A stretch of DNA of 64,000 bases from the human T2T-CHM13v2.0 reference genome, Homo sapiens. Positions 62,970 through 64,000 of this stretch are shown here, piece after piece. Location: assembly GCF_009914755.1 (NCBI RefSeq), contig NC_060931.1; one strand, given 5' to 3'. Position 1 is the first letter of the stretch. Every line of letters starts with the position of its first letter. The translations under genes and the position numbers were made by a program. The notes under the pieces were generated by a model. The model had not been told where the DNA came from and ran no database searches. It saw nothing but the letters and a program-made list of their open reading frames with translations.

Positions 62970-63170
62970 CTGAGAAGGTGTAAGGATGAAACTCCCATTT
63001 CCTGATATGGGTAATCTGCTAGAGAAATCAGAAGCATGGTTTTTAAACGTTTTAACTTTGAGGTGCCTACTAGATATCCATCAGACAGGAGGGGATGAGA
63101 TGCAAGGGGCAAATGAGGGGATTGGTCAAGGTAGAGACACCAAGAGCTCATTCAGCGTAAAACAAGGGGA
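62970..63170 (-). mobile_element. L2 fragment
   Basis: TTTGAGGTGCCTACTAGATATCCA. Confidence 0.55.
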
Positions 63171-63228
63171 GCCTGAGGATATGAGCAGACTCAGATTATA
63201 GGAATGTAGCTGTGAGTCAGTGGATTTT

Positions 63229-63788
<560 letters not shown>

Positions 63789-63789
63789 G

Positions 63790-64000
63790 GGCCGGGCGCA
63801 GTGGCTCACGCCTGTAATCCCAGCACTTTGGGAGGCCGAGGTGGGCGGATCACGAGGTCAGGAGATCGAGACCATCCTGGCTAACACGGTGAAACCCCGT
63901 CTCTACTAAAAAAATACAAAAAAATTAGCTGGGCTTGGTGGCAGTCACCTGTAGTCCCAGCTACTCGGGAGGCTGAGGCAGGAGAACGGCATGAACCTGG
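63790..64000 (+). mobile_element. AluY, cut by the window end
   Basis: GATCGAGACCATCCTGGCTAACACGGTGAAACCCCG; CpG-rich. Confidence 0.95.

Overview
Primate (human-like) AT-rich, gene-poor sequence dominated by transposon fossils. No bacterial-type system, CRISPR array, RNA gene or recognisable host protein-coding exon is supported; almost every entry in the ORF track is a broken L1 or MaLR frame or a chance ORF. 1-15.6 kb is a nested L1 stack: an old L1MC-like element interrupted by a full-length L1PA5-like copy (15-bp TSD) and a near full-length L1MA3-like copy, followed by a complete THE1B provirus (ATTAC TSD). 18-56 kb is unique sequence mixed with L2, MIR, MaLR solo LTRs and Alus. 56-64 kb holds a THE1A lacking its 5' LTR, a second L1PA5-like copy with an in-frame 1.84-kb deletion of the RT region, and the start of an old local duplication of 54.5 kb. 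Best leads: (1) the two independently inserted L1PA5 copies share several apparently non-consensus substitutions; (2) the one-LTR THE1A begins at the primer-binding region yet keeps a TSD; (3) the ~92%-identical local duplication; (4) an 87-bp orphan retro-insertion; (5) a hairpin cluster at 52 kb. Subfamily names come from recalled consensus features, and old-repeat boundaries are approximate.
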